The translations under genes were made by a program, and so were the position numbers. From Anthoceros angustus (lineage: Eukaryota; Plantae; Anthocerotophyta): 64,000 nt of DNA. The stretch covers positions 310,001 through 374,000 of the forward strand of contig MU008205.1 in NCBI GenBank assembly GCA_010909165.1, in the 5' to 3' direction. The notes beneath the pieces are model-generated. The model searched no databases. It was not told the DNA's origin and saw only the letters and a program-made list of their open reading frames with translations. Below, in pieces: positions 1 to 12,269 of the stretch; position 1 is the first letter of the stretch, and each line of letters starts with the position of its first letter.

Positions 1-45
1 GTGGAAGGGCAGGAGACCTGGTCGGCAGTGGGCAAGGCAGGGGCT

Positions 46-1307
46 ATGTCGTCGGCGGACGGGAAGCTCCTGCCGGGCCTGCCGGACGACCTCGCCTGCC
101 TGTGCCTGGCCGGGGTCCCGCTATGGCAGCAGGCGCGGCTCAAGGGCGTGTCCAAGGCGTGGCGGGAATGTCTGAGCGCGCGCTTCCTGCTGGAAGTGCG
201 CGCCCGGACCGGGAAGCAGGAGGAGTTCCTTTGCGTGTTCCGGGACGCTCTAGCGCAGGGTGAGCTGTGGGATCCCAGAGCCAGGCTATGGCGCTCCCTG
301 CCGCCCATGCCCTGCGACCCATACAGCTACGGGCTCACCAACTTCGAGTGCGTGGCCGTGGGGTCGGCGCTGCTGGTGATCGGGGGAGCCCGCTTCGACG
401 CGCGCTCCTACCCGATGGAGCGGCCTCTGGCCTCCGCCGCCTGTTTCCGCCTCGACACGCTCACGCGTTGGCAGCGGGTAGCGGACATGCCCACCCCGAG
501 GGGATCCTTCGCCTGCGCCGCCGCCCAGGACCAGCAGTCCGTGCTGGTGGCGGGCGGAGGGGATCGCCATGCGCAGTTTGCGGCGGGCGGATCCCGCACC
601 ACCGCAGTCGAGAGGTACCTGGTGCGGGAGGATCGCTGGCAGCGGCTCTCCGGGCTCAGCCGCATCCGGGCCGGGTGCTCGGATTCTTCCTCCGAGGCCG
701 CTTCTACGTCATGGGCGGGTACGGGACTCCAAGACCATCGCCGGGGTGCTGCCCGTGGACGAGTTCTACTCCGATGGCGAGGTGCTGGATCCCGGGACCG
801 GGACCTGGACGCCCCTGGAGCCCATGTGGGAGGAGGGCGAGAGAACGCGGTTGGGGAAGCTTGCCCTGCTCCGGGACCAGCTCTACATGCTGGACGGTGC
901 GGCCATCTTCAGGTTCCATCCCTTCCTGATGCTGCACCGATGCCATTTGCACTCCGCCCACCACCCAATTCGATTCCTGTGCTGACCCCATCTTTTCCTC
1001 TTCTTCTTGGCACGCAGGTACGATGTGGACGACAACAGATGGTTCTTGAGTCCAGGCTGCCCGACAGCATGCTGCTAGCGGACGGGAGTCGGAGGCTGGT
1101 GGCCTTGGATGGGGAGCTGTATGTCATCCCCGGGAGCGCGCCCATGTACAGGGAAGGGGCCGGCAGGAAGAAGGGGTGATGGTGTTTCAGGTTTACGATC
1201 CCAGGAGCCGGAGCTGGAGGATGGTGCCTACCAGAAGGCCTCTGGCGCATTCGCAGGGCACCAACAGCAGCGCGCCCTTGGGAGCCATGTGCGCCATTCG
1301 ACTCTGA
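46..1307 (+). CDS. OR23: F-box/kelch-repeat protein, OR23 (At4g03030)-like, copy A; one intron 913-1017; apparent single-base frameshifts near 685 and 1135
   Basis: F-box start LLPGLPDDLACLCLAGVP. Motifs PCDPYSYGLTNFECVAVG, FDARSYPMERP, PRGSFACAA, VAGGGDRHAQFAAGGSR, RIRAGC, MWEEGERTRLGKL and C-terminal MCAIRL* match the OR23 family as recalled. The GT..AG intron 913-1017 joins AIFR|YDVDDNRWF. Copy B supplies the correct frame (YVMGGYGDSKTIAGVLPVDEFYSD). Confidence 0.9.
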
Positions 1308-1589
1308 CCTAACCCACCACCTGTTTCTGCTTCTTCACCGCAACTACTGCTCTCGTTCTTGCTGCTTGCACTAGGGACCACATTGCCAGTCTCCATATGC
1401 GGCGGGCATGGATTGGGCATGCTGGATGTGGTGTGTGTGTATGTTCTGTGGCCTCCTTCCTCCTCCTGCTTTGTACATAGGGTGTGACCGATATTAGTTT
1501 CTGGCAGCAGGCTAGCTATTGCTACCGCTTCCCCAAGAATGACTCTTGCCATGTTGTACATTATAGCCACCTTCATCTCAACCTGTCTC

Positions 1590-1865
1590 CAAACTTTGGA
1601 GGGAAAAGCAAATGTGGCTTGTGCTTGTGTTCCACATCAACCTATATCTCCGAGCTCTGGAGCGAAAACAAGGGAGGTTGTGCTTGTGTGGAACTCAAAG
1701 TGGTGCCTGTGTGGAACCCAAACTCTGGAGGAAATGAAAGGAGGCTGTGCTTGTGTGGAACCCAAACTCTGGAGAGAAAAGGAAGGGGCTGTGCTTGTGT
1801 TCCACATCGACCTGTATCTCCGAAATCTGGAGGGAAAACAAGGGAGGCTGTGCTTGTGTTTCACA
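1590..1865. repeat. Composite minisatellite downstream of OR23 copy A (core gctgtgcttgtgt, about 5 units, 44-66 bp spacing)
   Basis: Recurring ggaggctgtgcttgtgt, ggaacccaaactctggag and ttccacatc(a/g)acct(a/g)tatctccga blocks. Confidence 0.85.
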
Positions 1866-1899
1866 CACAGCCTTGACAACGCCTACAGTCTACTGTCTA

Positions 1900-3600
1900 C
1901 AATTGGCTCTGCACCTCTGGTGTCTCTTTTGCAACCAAAATGTATCCAATTCCAGCTCGAATCCTATGGATGCCATTCGATAACATGACTCCGAGCTCGA
2001 CCGGTGGGTCGAACAAATTCTTCGCTATTCCCTTTCCCGACAAGGACTTGACACATCTGCCATGCATCTGCCCGCACTCAAACAGTGGCAGACAGACCGT
2101 GTGGTAACAGGTCCTTGTTTGACAGTCTGGTGGAAGTCTTATTATTAGCCAGTGACTGGGCCGGGCCTCGGTTGGATGGGAACAGAACCCTACTGACAAG
2201 AACACCAAATGTACCATAGTGATGTCAGCCTGTTCCGCATCAACAGGACAGGCTCACGCCTGTGAAACCGCCTATGACATATGTATGTAGAAATCGCGTA
2301 TGCCGCATATGTATGTATATATGTCCGTCTACGGGTGCGAGTAATCACACGACTTCCGAGGAGAGGAGATATTTGCAAGGTGCAAGTGAGCCGCGAGCCG
2401 CAGTTGCCATCCTCTTTTGCACATTTGGCCCCTCGCGCTCGCAGGCTCGCACCTTCTAGGCCAAAATGGACACATACTTATAATAAGAAGGCCGCTGTTA
2501 AGCATCCGTCGCTTAGATCCGTACTTGGCATGGGGCGCCTGAAAGGGAGTGGAAGTAGCTTAGGCACACCAGGGTGCAAGTTGTCAAGTACCAAGTCCCA
2601 TAACTGAAATTCCGTCCAAGTGGAATTCTTATTTCCTTCTTCTAACGCGGCTCGATGGATTTGGTCCCCGGATCCATACATGGTGTATGCACCTGCGTAC
2701 AGCATGAGTGTAGAATGGATACAAACGCCTACTCGACGCGTAATTTCTACGTAGGACACCCAGCGGCCTTGCCACTTTCTGCCCACATGTACATACTTGC
2801 TCGGCAACAGAATCTGTGGGCGGCGGATCACTCACAAATTTCTGCGCGCAGCCAGCGAGTCCCGGTCTCCCAAGCACCATCGACATCTGTAGGAGATGCA
2901 TCCGCTGGGCACCTCGAGCGCGCTCCTCTACAGTCTACACTCCATGGCCAGCGCTTACCCTCAGTATGTACGCTGCAGGTCACGATCGAATCATTCGTTG
3001 TCTCTGAAAATATTCAGGGCATGCCCACCCGATTGTGTGCAATGCACATTAACATTGTACTTGAAGAGGTGCCGACATAAAGACGTTGAAGTGACAGCGG
3101 CGAGACGTCCGCGATCGCGAAGCAGCTTCCCTTCATGCATCTGCCTGAAGTCGGGTCCTTCAGCTTGGACTTTCACACGGGCTGGGCAGGGAGTAAATTA
3201 TAGCCAAGGAACGGGCGATGCGAACCGCATTCACTACGGTATTGCCAGCTGGTGAGTGATCACTTGTCAGGAGACAGTAAAGCGAATTCCCACGTCATAT
3301 GTATGCTACAACCTCAGGGCATCGGCAGGCGGCAGCTGTAGCCAGGGACAAAGCTAGAAGACTGCAGTCTCAAAGCACGGCCATGTCAAGACAAGGCAAG
3401 GGTAGGTTCGATGAGCTCTCGCTCCAAGCTGGCACCCCAAAGCTGTGCGCGATTGCTCGCTGCATTGCTAACATAAGTGCAGACCCATGACCATTGCTCT
3501 AGCCTGTACATGTACGGCCGATCGCATTCCAGTGGTGTGGTCAGCACTTGCTTCAATGTATGGCAACAAAACATAAACAGATATATGCAGAGCTTGAGCT
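1900..3600 (-). pseudogene. Highly degenerate PPR-like remnant
   Basis: Scattered minus-strand fragments (AKNLFD, MYGSGDQIHRAAL, VHCTQSGGHALNIFR, FRQMHEG) resemble PLS-PPR motifs. No continuous ORF. About 2990-3600 is homologous, in inverted orientation, to 50350-51000. Confidence 0.4.
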
Positions 3601-3893
3601 CATGAGGTTCTCTACAGCTTCTCTTGCTGAAATTCTCTCTGAACAGCGGTTAGTGCAACATCAAATCTGTGAAACACATTGGTACCACAGCTGATAAATG
3701 TACAGGACCAGGGAATACATATCTCGGCCATGGCACAAACACTTCGAGACATGGACAAGTCGTCACCTAGGGATCTTGCACTAGGGGTCATACATCATTT
3801 GTAATGTAATGTAAGACATAACTGCCACATACATTTGTAATGGAAACTGCACGGTGCTGCACGGTGGCTACATATGGCCAGCCACCTAGCTGC

Positions 3894-4971
3894 TCAAAAA
3901 CAAGAGGCATTGCAGGGTAGGGCAGGATACACAGCAGCTGGATTAAGCTGACGCAGTTTTTCCTTGCACTCCTCTAATTCCTTTTCCAGGACATCCAGCT
4001 CGATCTCTTCGAGGTCCTCCTCATCAGCACCAGCCATGGTGCACGCACTTGTTTCTCGAGCGGCAGCCTCCTCCTCGAGCTCATCAGCAGCAGGCCTTAT
4101 GGAACCAACTGCTCGTCGAGCGCCAGCCTCATCGACCTCGCACTCACCACAACCTTGCCGCTGGGGAAGAACTTGTAGCAGATCTGCTGGGTACAGAGGA
4201 CCGTGTCTGCCGTTGGACTCTTGGCTGCGGATGTCATTCTGCTGGGATTGATTCCTTCGGCGGACCCGGCGTCTCTGCTTCGCAGCTGACTTGCTGCACT
4301 CTCCCGTCTCAGCTGCGGGAGCGCTGGTGCCCTCCACGTACGCAACCAAGGCATCCACGTCCCGCTCATCGTTCACACCTTGCATGGCCATCACCCTCTC
4401 CGACAGCCACTCGTTGTAGTCCATGATGGTCTGTGCCGCCTGTGGGTTCTCGAGGGGCAACCAAGCTTCCTCCTCGGTCGCAGGAGCCGGCAGGTTCAAC
4501 TCCTCCCTGATCTCCTGGGGTGAGCACCGCCTCCAAAAATCGTTCCCGGCCTCGGTTGCTTGGTACACGAGCTCCCGGAGGTTAAGAAGCTCAGCCGCAA
4601 CAGCTACCTGGAGTAGTTGGATCCCCTTGACCGATTGGCAGAATCTGCGGACGTTGGCCTGCCGCTCGAGCTCCCTTCTGTTACCTGCGTAGGAGGAGCA
4701 ATACCACATCACCCCGCGGAGTGCAGCCAGGGAAGTCAATCTGGCCGGCAGCTGCGTTGGAGGAAGACTTTGGGCAAGGGGCAGAGTCTCGTGGAAGGGG
4801 CCGAGAGGTCGCAGGACGCCGTCCGCGGCACTCCTTGGCACCGTAAACACGCCTTCTGCCCCAGCTCTCCGGATCCGGATTGGATGCAGTGCAACCTGAC
4901 GAACTGCACCTCAAGGAGTTCCGCCTCCACTACCAGCTCCTTGGCACTCCCCTCTTGGCCCACCAAGCCAT
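3894..4971 (-). CDS. Divergent intronless SKP1-like protein, type II (ASK20/ASK21-like), paralog a, copy A; ATG at 4971 with apparent indels in the 5' part
   Basis: YCSSYAGNRRELERQ...LLQVAVAAELLNLRELVYQATEAGNDFWRRCSPQEIREELNLPAPATEEEAWLPLEN aligns with the SKP1 dimerisation region of ASK21 as recalled (LCELTSAADSLQLKPLVDLTSRALARIIEGKTPEEIREIFHLPDDLTEEEKLEPLKN). Also has the type-II motif DERDVDALVAYVEG (cf. DERSVDDLLSFING), a basic stretch, and an acidic C-terminal helix LEKELEECKEKLR. Confidence 0.8.
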
Positions 4972-5607
4972 TGGCTGCTTAGGCTTTAAGACACACCAAC
5001 CTGATGGAGATAAGCAAACACAATCGAGGCCTTAGCCTCCACCTCCCAAGCAAGATGCCAAGCCCTCGTCTGGACGTCGTTCCCTCGTCTTCGTGCTTCC
5101 CTGTCGATACGAGAGCAGCTTGACGAATGCGGGCCCTTAAAACTCTAACACCACCTTAAGCTTGTTCTAGAATGAAAGAGGATTGCTGGCTATGCAAGGG
5201 CACCCGTGTATCGTGTAGGCTTAGGCTTAAGTTGAGGATGTTTGAGTTCCCCTAAAATTAATCTACTTCACATTATCTCCTTAGCTACTAAGGCTAATAT
5301 TCTATACTCAGACTCAGTGCTTGATAGGGCTATAGTAGGTTATTTTCTTATTTGATCAAGATATATGAGTTCCTCCCAAAAATAATACATAATATGGATT
5401 TGCGAGTATCGAGATCACCAACATAGTTAACATCAGCATAAGCTGTTAATGTTAATTTTTCTATGTCGGGTATATACTTGAACATCAGTCTTATGCATAG
5501 TCCCTTCAAATATGTAACATGTGCTTAATTGATGTTCAATGCTCACGTCGTGGTTCTCCAAGAATTGTGAGCAGGAGCTAACTTCAAAAGCAATATCTGA
5601 TCTAGTA

Positions 5608-6329
5608 TATAATCCACTCCCCTAATTTGGGATTGGTTCGGAGTGCCTTTAGAGGTCCCATTAAGGGAGGTGTCCCGATTAGATTTTTTCCCATTTAAAA
5701 ATAAAAATATAATAAATTCAAAAAATAAAAAATACTCAAAAAAAGGAAAATTCAAATTTTGATTGATAGGTTTCACTAAAAATAATTTTTACCACTTCTC
5801 TACATAGTTGCTTGAAAACTAGCACTCTTTTAAAGCAACATTAAAAAATCTCTACCTATCATAAAGGAAAAAGCTTAGCTTAGGAGTCTTCAATCACACC
5901 TAAAAGTCTATTGTGTTATGAAATAATTGACAATACTCCTTTGCACCCGCCATACTTTGAGATGATGACTAATCAGTGTTTCCGAAAGGCATTAAGCAAC
6001 GCCATAGAGTCTAATTGGTAGTATCTCAAGCATTATAACTTATTCTCGATTGTCATGTGCTTATATTATATTGATAGAATACGAAGTCTATTCGATACCT
6101 ATTGTATACCTATTCGATTCCTTTTTCTTTTCTTTTTTTAAATTTTTTTAGTAAAAAAATAAAAAATCCCATTTAGGGAGGTGAAACTAATATGAATGTA
6201 TGTTTCAAAGGTCCCAATTTAGGGAAAAGTGTCGTTTTTTACACTGTAAACTAAAGGGAGTAGGATCGGAGGTCCCATTTGGAGAGGAATCGCATTTATA
6301 GAGTTCCCATTTCGGGGGAGCTGACTGTA
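5608..6329. mobile_element. Putative degenerate non-autonomous TIR element (MITE-like)
   Basis: AT-rich block. Left end tataatccactcccctaatttggga resembles the reverse complement of the right end (tacagtcagctcccccgaaatggga). Repeated (g)gtcccatt/tcccatt motifs near both ends. No coding capacity. Confidence 0.35.
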
Positions 6330-6339
6330 GTTACCTAAA

Positions 6340-6396
6340 TATATAAGAGTGCCAATAGTATATAAGAGTGCCAATAGTATATAAGAGTGCCAATAG
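6340..6396. repeat. 19-bp tandem repeat tatataagagtgccaatag x3 (also near 6984-7040 and 22436-22492)
   Basis: Direct reading; period 19. Confidence 0.95.
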
Positions 6397-6767
6397 CATG
6401 TCGATATGGAACTGGTGTATTGGGACTCATGTCAGAGGTAAGCTTAACACCATTAGCAAAAGGTGTAGGGGCTAGCTTAGCGTCCTCAAGACCAAACTTA
6501 GCTAAACATTCCTTATTATACTTAGTTTGTACAATACTTAAAGTCTTATCACCACGATTTCTAATGATATTAACCCATAACGATATGTCATCTCTCCTAA
6601 AACAGACATTTCATAAAAAGTCCTTAACCACGCCTTTGTTTCTACTAGAGAGTAGGCGATGATGTAGCCATAAAACATCATCAACGTAAAGTAGGAGATG
6701 AAATATATTTTTACCGGATATCGAATGTAAAACAAGCGTCGACCTTACTTTGCGTAAATCCTGTACC

Positions 6768-6855
6768 GACAAGTTGTACATCAATAGTTAAGTTCCGACA
6801 AGTTGTACATCAATAGTTAAGTTCCGACAAGTTGTACATGAATAGTTAAGTTTCA
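6768..6855. repeat. 29-bp tandem repeat gacaagttgtacatcaatagttaagttcc x3 (also near 7413-7495 and 22860-22945)
   Basis: Direct reading; period 29. Confidence 0.95.
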
Positions 6856-7624
6856 ATTCTTGCCCTGATTGCTCGAGGCCATGTAGGCCTTGAATGAGTC
6901 GGCATACCCAATCCTCTTTGCCTTTAACTTCGTAACCCTCATGTTGTCTCATGTATATTTGTTCTTTCAAATACCTATATAAATATATAAGAGTGCCAAT
7001 AGTATATAAGAGTGCCAATAGTATATAAGAGTGCCAATAGCATGTCGATATGGAACTGGTGTATTGGGACTCATGTCGAGGTAAGCTTAACACCATTAGC
7101 AAAAGGTGTAGGGGCTAGCTTAGCGTCCTCAAGACCAAACTTAGCTAAACATTCCTTATTATACTTAGTTTGTACAATACTTAAAGTCTTATCACCACGA
7201 TTTCTAATGATATTAACCCATAACGCATATGTCATCTCTCCTAAAACAGACATTTCATAAAAAGTCCTTAACCACGCCTTTGTTTCTACTAGGAGAGTAG
7301 GCGATGATGTGGCCATAAAAACATCATCAACGTAAAGTAGGAGATGAAATATATTTTTACCAGATATCAGAATGTAAAAACAAGCGTCGACCTTACTTTG
7401 CGTAAATCCACCGACAAGTTGTACATCAATAGTTAAGTTCCAAGTTGTACATCAATAGTTAAGTTCCGGCAAGTTGTACATGAATAGTTAAGTTTCAATT
7501 CTTGCCTCGATTGCTCGAGGCCATGTAGGCCTTGAATGAGTCATACCCAATCCTCTTGCCTTTAACTTCAGAACCCTCATGTTGTCTCATGTATATTTGT
7601 TCTTTCAAATACCTATATAAATAT

Positions 7625-7835
7625 GCTGTCTTTATATCCGTCGTGTGGAGTTCAAGATCATGTCTTTATATCCATCGTGTGGAGTTCAAGATCATGTCTT
7701 TATATCTATCATTGTGAAGTTCAAGATCATGTCTTTATATCCATCATGTGGAGTTCAAGATCATGTCTTTATATCCATCATATGGAGGTCAAGATCATGT
7801 CTTGATATCCATCATGTGGAGTTCAAGATCATGTT
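7625..7835. repeat. 34-bp minisatellite atcatgtctttatatccatcatgtggagttcaag x about 6 (also 23076-23286)
   Basis: Direct reading; period 34. The reverse complement encodes the copia RT LELHxMDIKT motif. Confidence 0.95.
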
Positions 7836-8299
7836 GGGATGACAAGGTAAATATTATTCCCATAGTGACAAATTTGGCTACAAAGGCTTATGTAGCCCAA
7901 GGTATGTAATCCAAACCGAGAATTTGGGTAAAGACTGGCTACTAGTCGTACCTTATATCTCTCAATAGAACTATTCTTTTTCTTAATCTTAAATACCCAT
8001 TTGCTGGTAATTATCTTCCTTGATTAGGTGGTTTGATCAATTCTCATGTAGAATTATTAACTAAAGAATTATATTCAGAATAATCTATATCTACCTTTCA
8101 TAAGTCTTTTTAGGAGAAGAGAAAACTTGTTTTAAGATAAATGGTTCTTCTAGGTCAAGAGTAGCAATATATACAACTTGTACATAAATAGATAAAGGAG
8201 AGAGATGATCATCCAAATGATCAAGATACAAAACGAGGTTCCTTCCAACCTCAAGGCTAAGAATGGCGGGGCGTGACCGAGGTTGTACCTAGACTTGTA

Positions 8300-9900
8300 G
8301 GAAACTCCATCGCAGACATCGAGCCCACCGACCCACCCACGAGACTGGGCCTCGTAAGACAAAGGCTCTACATTGCATGACAAGAGTCGGTGGCATTCTT
8401 GAGTCCAAGTCGCACACAAAAGGTTATTCAAATGCGCACTCACCGGGGCACCGGGAGGTAGTCAGATTGTCTAGGCGAATCGCGGACGGTGATGCCGCTT
8501 CTTCAACAAGAGGTGCAAACAATGCAGCAATTGAAGGTGACGCAACTCTTTGTGGGACAAGTTGTAGGCATGGATACAAGTTAGGGCCATCTCTTGTGTC
8601 AATGACCCGATTTCACGCACCGGAATGGCAAATGCACAAAAGGCACTACTACTTGCTATGAGATCGATCCAATGCAAACAATTACACCGTGGATCTCAAT
8701 TTGCATTTGCAAAGGAACGGATGACAAATCTCCAGCAGATATGTGTTGTAAATATGTCATCCGTCGATTCACCGCTTCTCACATACTTAATTCAAGAAAT
8801 TGAGTACCTAGCACATGGGCAGCTACAACAATGGCAAGATTCAAGAAATATCTCACCTTCCAACAGTCCCGCCATTCAACTCGTTCCTTTGTCACAAAGA
8901 ATTGTAGACTTGCCAAACATTGTTGCCGACAAACACGTATATTGTATATTGACAAAGTTGGTCTCAAACTTAGTTGGGAAACAAGAGGAATGGTGCGTGG
9001 GTATTTATCGGCATTCACATCCCACTTCCTCATCTTTCCAAGCATCCAAATCAGCAAGCTTCTTCATAATTAACATCCCAGCTGGTTGTTCTCAAGTGTT
9101 GACCTCTACACAAGAGTGAATCGATGGTCGATCGCAAGGCCACCATACCCATCCTTAGAGTCACATTTTATCACTCCTGCTCATCCTATTTCAGCCCGGC
9201 AAAATCCCAACAAACCCCGTGATCCGCACAACAACGGAAAATGAGCATCCTTCCATACCTCAAATTTCATCAAATTTAGCAGCACCGTAAGCTTGACTGA
9301 GGTAGGTCCGAACACTTCATCCCACTCCAACCTAGGTTCAAATGCGATTTCACCTCCTTCTCCTTCGCATCTTCGAACTCTCTACAAGATGCCATCTCCC
9401 AGCCCTTGTTAACCTCACCACGGGTAAGCTCGATCCCGCAGTAAGCTGTGAATATGGACTTTCTCGAAAAGAAATAATTGAGTTCCTAGGAATTGTCCGG
9501 TTTAAGCTATCGTGTCTTTGGTTTCTGGCAACGACGTCTAGCTACCTATTTGTTTGCGAGTTTGGTGGATTGCAGAGCAGTGGCGGAGCTGCAAAGAAAC
9601 ATATTGCCCGGAGAGCAATCTGTTTTGCTGAATTCTATGAGGTGATCAATTGCTGATTTTGCATGAAAAAGAGTACTAGTGTGATTTGGCTCCATTTCAC
9701 GATGTTATACCCTATGGAGGGGGATGGCAATTTCGACTTGCCTTAGCTTCCCTGCTGCCTCGGCCAAGGTCTTCCGGTGTTTGCGAGATCGGCTGTGTCC
9801 CGGAGCACACCATTCCGTTCTGCCTGCTACCGAGGTGCAGAGAGCGCAAATTTTGTTAGGCTGGAGGGATGGGACTGGAGGGACAGCGCAATGAGCAAGC
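8300..9900 (+). mobile_element. Probable degenerate L1-like LINE 3' portion
   Basis: Weak residual motifs in LINE order: YKLGPSL (RT YLG-like), LPNIVADKHVYCILTKLVSNLVGKQEEW (post-RT region), TTSSYLFVCEF (zf-RVT-like) and VIWLH..DVI (W..RN..F-like). No intact ORF. Confidence 0.35.
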
Positions 9901-10149
9901 CCTGGACACACTCCATCCCGAGTTGTAGCTTATTTCCAGGTAAGTGATCAGTGACAGGTGGGCACGCTCTCTAGATCTAAGTCTCGAGCAGTGCTTTGTG
10001 CTATAATATGCTCCTGCATTCTGCTGGAAACGGTCTGCAAGTTTTAATGTGAAATCCAAGAAGATGGAAGTTACCGGCGTCGTCCCCTGAGCCCAGAAAA
10101 GATCAAAACTGCTCACGTTTTACATCACAGGGATCAATATATTGAAGGA

Positions 10150-12130
10150 CAAAGGATTTCTGCGGTATGCATTCTGAGCAGTACTTTGCGATGCTAGGAA
10201 GGCCATAACTGCGGGATGTTAACGGATCAGATTTTCTCAAGGCTAGCAAGGTCGGTGACAAGTAGATCTCAACGAATTTTCCATCTTTTATGCCTGTGTG
10301 AGGCAGAGGCGTATCCCGGGCGCTTTATTACAAACCTAACCGTGTTCTTTGGAGCTGCAATGAAGTTCAAGACTACAAGATTTCTTACGCAAGGATGCAA
10401 CAACTCCATGGTGGAACAAGAGAATTGAACCAATATACCGCAGCAGAAGCAGCCATTTGTGTCTCCCGGCATTTGGGCTTAGGGAAGCATCTGTAGGTGT
10501 AAATCGAGAACAGGCACACCACGATGTGTTTGTCACTGTGGGTTGGTGAAAATGTAAAAGCGGTGCAGCATGCAATTCAAGGCATCGGGCTTGGAAAGGA
10601 AGGTGATTAGGCTTGGAAAGTGTTTGCCGGGCTTGGTGACGATTATATGGTGGCATGGACTTACATGATGGCAGGTATTCCCATGACCAGCAGGGCATGG
10701 GGCCGGAAGCTCTTCATGTGTACAGTACTAGGCAAGAAGAAGGTCCCATTGCTGTACCTCATTTTATGACATTTTTCTGCGTCCTAAAAGCATGTGCACA
10801 TTTGCTAGCTTGTCTCTGCATAGAAAGGCAGCTGCATATGTACACAGATTGTAGAAGAAGACCTTGGTATTCTCTGCGCGCGCGTCCTGCAGTTTGGCAC
10901 TCTCTTGGAAGCAGTGGAGTTAGACAAAACAGTTCCTGCGGCATAAGTGTTGATGTCGACGAGATACGCGCACGACGCCATTGGTCCCACGGTGCTATGC
11001 AAGAAGGTGCGAGCATGTAAGATAGAGGCGAGGAGGCGGGGTGGGGTATGGAAGCAGCGGATCGAGCTAGTGGCAGTCGTGTACAACATATACACTAGAG
11101 AAGACGCCGGAGAGAACCCAAATGTTCATCATGAAAACTTGTGGGCCTTCGCTACCACTAATGAGATATCGGTGAGAACAGATAGGAGCCGGGTAATTAT
11201 CTGCAAAGGCTGGAAGACCTTGTACAACATATCTCCTTGCGATCCCAGGCTGGTGGTGCCATAATCGAGAGCACATAGCAGCCTGTTCTTTGCAATTAAG
11301 ATATAGAAATATAACTAGGGACGGGGCGCCATTGGTCCCCACGGTGCTATGCAAGAAGAAGGCCTGCCTGTACCTGATTCTGTGACATTTGTGTGCCTCC
11401 TGCAGGCATGTACAGCTGTGGGCAACCCCAGCTTTGAGGAAGGCGAGGCAACTTTATGAGAGAGGGTATCCAGCTGGAAGTTTGGTGAAAATGTATGAAA
11501 ATTGTGGCAGCCTCCAGTGGACCACGAGTGTGTTTGATGGACTTGCTCAAAATACGTGTTGACGTGCACGACTGCCATGATAGCAGGGGCATGGTATTTT
11601 CAGCAGTACTCCCGCAGGGAATGGGTCTTGCACTAGTATACAGGGGCAGGGTATTCTCAGCTCGTATTTCCAGCAAGGAATGGGCCAGCGGGAAGCCCTT
11701 TTGTCTCTACAGCAATATGCAAGAAGGTGCAGGCATGTGCACGTGTACATGTTTGGCATGACCTGGATTAGGCTACTCGAAAATGTTTAATGGACTGATC
11801 AAAAGATATGGTGACATGGAATGCGGTGATACAGGCACTTTTCGCAGGTAGGGTGCAGGCCGCCTTCATCTTCACATTGATATGAGAAGAGAAGGTAATC
11901 TGCACTGATTCTGCGACATTTTTGTCTCTCCTGCAGTATGTGCAATCGTGGCCTCCGGCGTTGGAGAAGGGGAAGCATCTGCATCCGCAAATCGAGAACA
12001 GGAACACCGGCTGATGTTTTAGCCGGTTTGGTGGAAATGTACGCCAACCGTGGCGTGGAAGATGCTCAGGCCGTGTTTGACCGACTTGGTCAAAAAGATG
12101 TGGTGCTCTGGTTTCTGATAAAGTTTTAAG
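10150..12130 (+). pseudogene. Degenerate PLS-class PPR pseudogene, copy A
   Basis: Fragments such as MTFFCVLKAC, LVKMYENCGSLQ, GSICIRKSRTGTPADVLAGLVEMYANRGVEDAQAVFDRLGQKDVVLW are typical PPR P/L/S motifs. Many stops and frameshifts. Confidence 0.8.
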
Positions 12131-12269
12131 CTGATATTACCAGCTAGCCATGAATGAACAACATGTCCAAATCATGCAAGGAAACACCTGCTGCACGGGT
12201 GGCTCGGGCTAACCTACCTAGCTAGCTACCTCAAGACAAGAAGGCATTGCAGCGTCCGATAAACACAGA

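Larger units (their letters stand above)
6331..7835 (-). mobile_element. Dead Ty1/copia reverse-transcriptase fragment, internally duplicated (period about 644 bp)
   Basis: Minus-strand LELHTTDIKTAY / LKEQIYMRQHEGYEVKGKEDWVCRLIQGLHGLEQSG / SIVQTKYNKECLAKFGLEDAKLAPTP / AIGTLIY correspond to copia RT motifs. Confidence 0.85.

Noticed and set aside
1-1179. 392-aa ORF as the real F-box product
   Set aside because: It leaves the correct frame near 685 and reads through the 913-1017 intron; the true product is spliced and ends at 1307.
265-1250. Numerous overlapping or antisense ORFs in the track over GC-rich genes and TEs
   Set aside because: They are shadow ORFs caused by high GC or repeats, with no recognisable domains.
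1590-1865. CRISPR-like repeat/spacer pattern
   Set aside because: The 'spacers' are themselves repeated, related sequences; this is a composite minisatellite.
3894-4971. Generic BTB/POZ or novel orphan protein
   Set aside because: The ordered SKP1 dimerisation helices plus type-II-specific motifs fit SKP1-like better.
7625-7835. CRISPR-like array of 34-bp repeats
   Set aside because: The units are contiguous with no unique spacers, derive from copia RT codons, and there are no cas genes; the context is eukaryotic.
10150-12130. Functional PPR/RNA-editing factor genes (also 27330-29280, 51580-53400)
   Set aside because: Stops and frameshifts are far denser than in neighbouring genes and the motifs are eroded; no E/DYW domain was seen.
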